A DNA stretch of 63,938 nucleotides, the filler included, from Basidioascus undulatus (lineage: Eukaryota): assembly GCA_000826855.1 (NCBI GenBank). It is 5 parts of 5 records of this genome, joined end to end, with 100 filler letters (N's around TTAATTAATTAA, not from the genome) between each part and the next. Parts side by side here need not be neighbours in the genome. Positions count along the whole stretch, not along the records: positions 52,812 to 63,938 come from JTLS01001042.1; 4 more parts are not named here. One strand, written 5' to 3'. Of the stretch, positions 63,584 to 63,938 are shown one piece after another. A program made the translations under genes and the position numbers. Under the pieces are notes generated by a model. It saw only the letters and a program-made list of their open reading frames with translations, had not been told where the DNA came from and searched no databases. Every line of letters starts with the position of its first letter. The first letter of the stretch is position 1.

Positions 63584-63938
63584 CAAATCTCTCAGGTTAC
63601 TTGTCGCGCTTCTTATGCTCCGCCGTACCTCTCCTCTTTGGAGGGCAGACCGCTCCGCTCTCTAACCCCCCCCCGCATCAGTTCTTCTTCTCTGCTCCTT
63701 ACTTATTAGTCGGTACGGTTAGAGCCTTCATTGGGAAGAGAGAATGCAGGGGGGTAAGGGGAGCAGAGCAGTCTGCCCCTCCCCCTCTGCATTTTGATGC
63801 GCTGCATTCGCTTTTATCTTCCGGCTCTTCCTCTGCATTTTGATGCGCTGCATTTTGATGCGCTGCATTTTGATGCGCTGCATTTTGATGCGCTGCATTT
63901 TGATGCGCTGCATTTTGATGCGCTGCATTTTGATGCGC
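63584..63938 (-). other. 3' end of a probable group I intron in cox1, invaded by repeats
   Basis: The expected HFLG codons are replaced by ...GAGATTTG, ending in G (omega-G) directly before CTA AGC GGT ATG. The intron core is not visible in the window. Confidence 0.6.
63834..63938. repeat. Tandem array of seven 15-bp units TGCATTTTGATGCGC
   Basis: Perfect copies run to the end of the window; the same unit is dispersed through the mitochondrial spacers. Confidence 0.97.

Noticed and set aside
63728..63928. ORF encoding (MQRIK)n
   Set aside because: Translation of the 15-bp tandem repeat; it also uses codons that the real mitochondrial genes avoid.

Overview
The window is a concatenation of five unrelated contigs of about 13 kb (1-13115, 13216-26321, 26422-39516, 39617-52711, 52812-63938). 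They are joined by artificial 100-nt N/TTAATTAATTAA/N linkers, so adjacency across linkers carries no biological meaning. Contigs 1-4 are GC-rich, intron-dense fungal nuclear DNA, probably basidiomycete (inferred from gene style). They carry an allantoate-type MFS permease, a secreted Leu/Asp/Val repeat protein, SAP18, 5'-truncated RRN3 and CDC20 joined back to back, a deleted Ty3/Gypsy relic, an AKTIP/FTS-like E2 variant, UFD4/TRIP12 HECT ligase, TPR and F-box-like genes, TEL2, a bacterial-type FrnE/DsbA gene with introns, a ferric reductase, a Zn2Cys6 pseudogene and a D-2-hydroxyacid dehydrogenase. Contig 5 is an unusually GC-rich fungal mitochondrial fragment with nad4, nad6, cox2, atp9, atp8, the cox1 last exon and 7 tRNAs. 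The most notable observations are all mitochondrial: (1) a bacterial-like RNase P RNA (rnpB) between trnH and trnM; (2) no use of TTA, ATA, AGA, AGG, TGA or TAA in about 1,170 hand-read codons, matched by a Leu(CAA) tRNA; (3) a probable ATT start for atp8; (4) a tRNA-Cys that folds best as 8/4; (5) a recurring palindrome plus TAAAGG motif resembling promoter architecture; (6) spacers built from shuffled short repeat modules.
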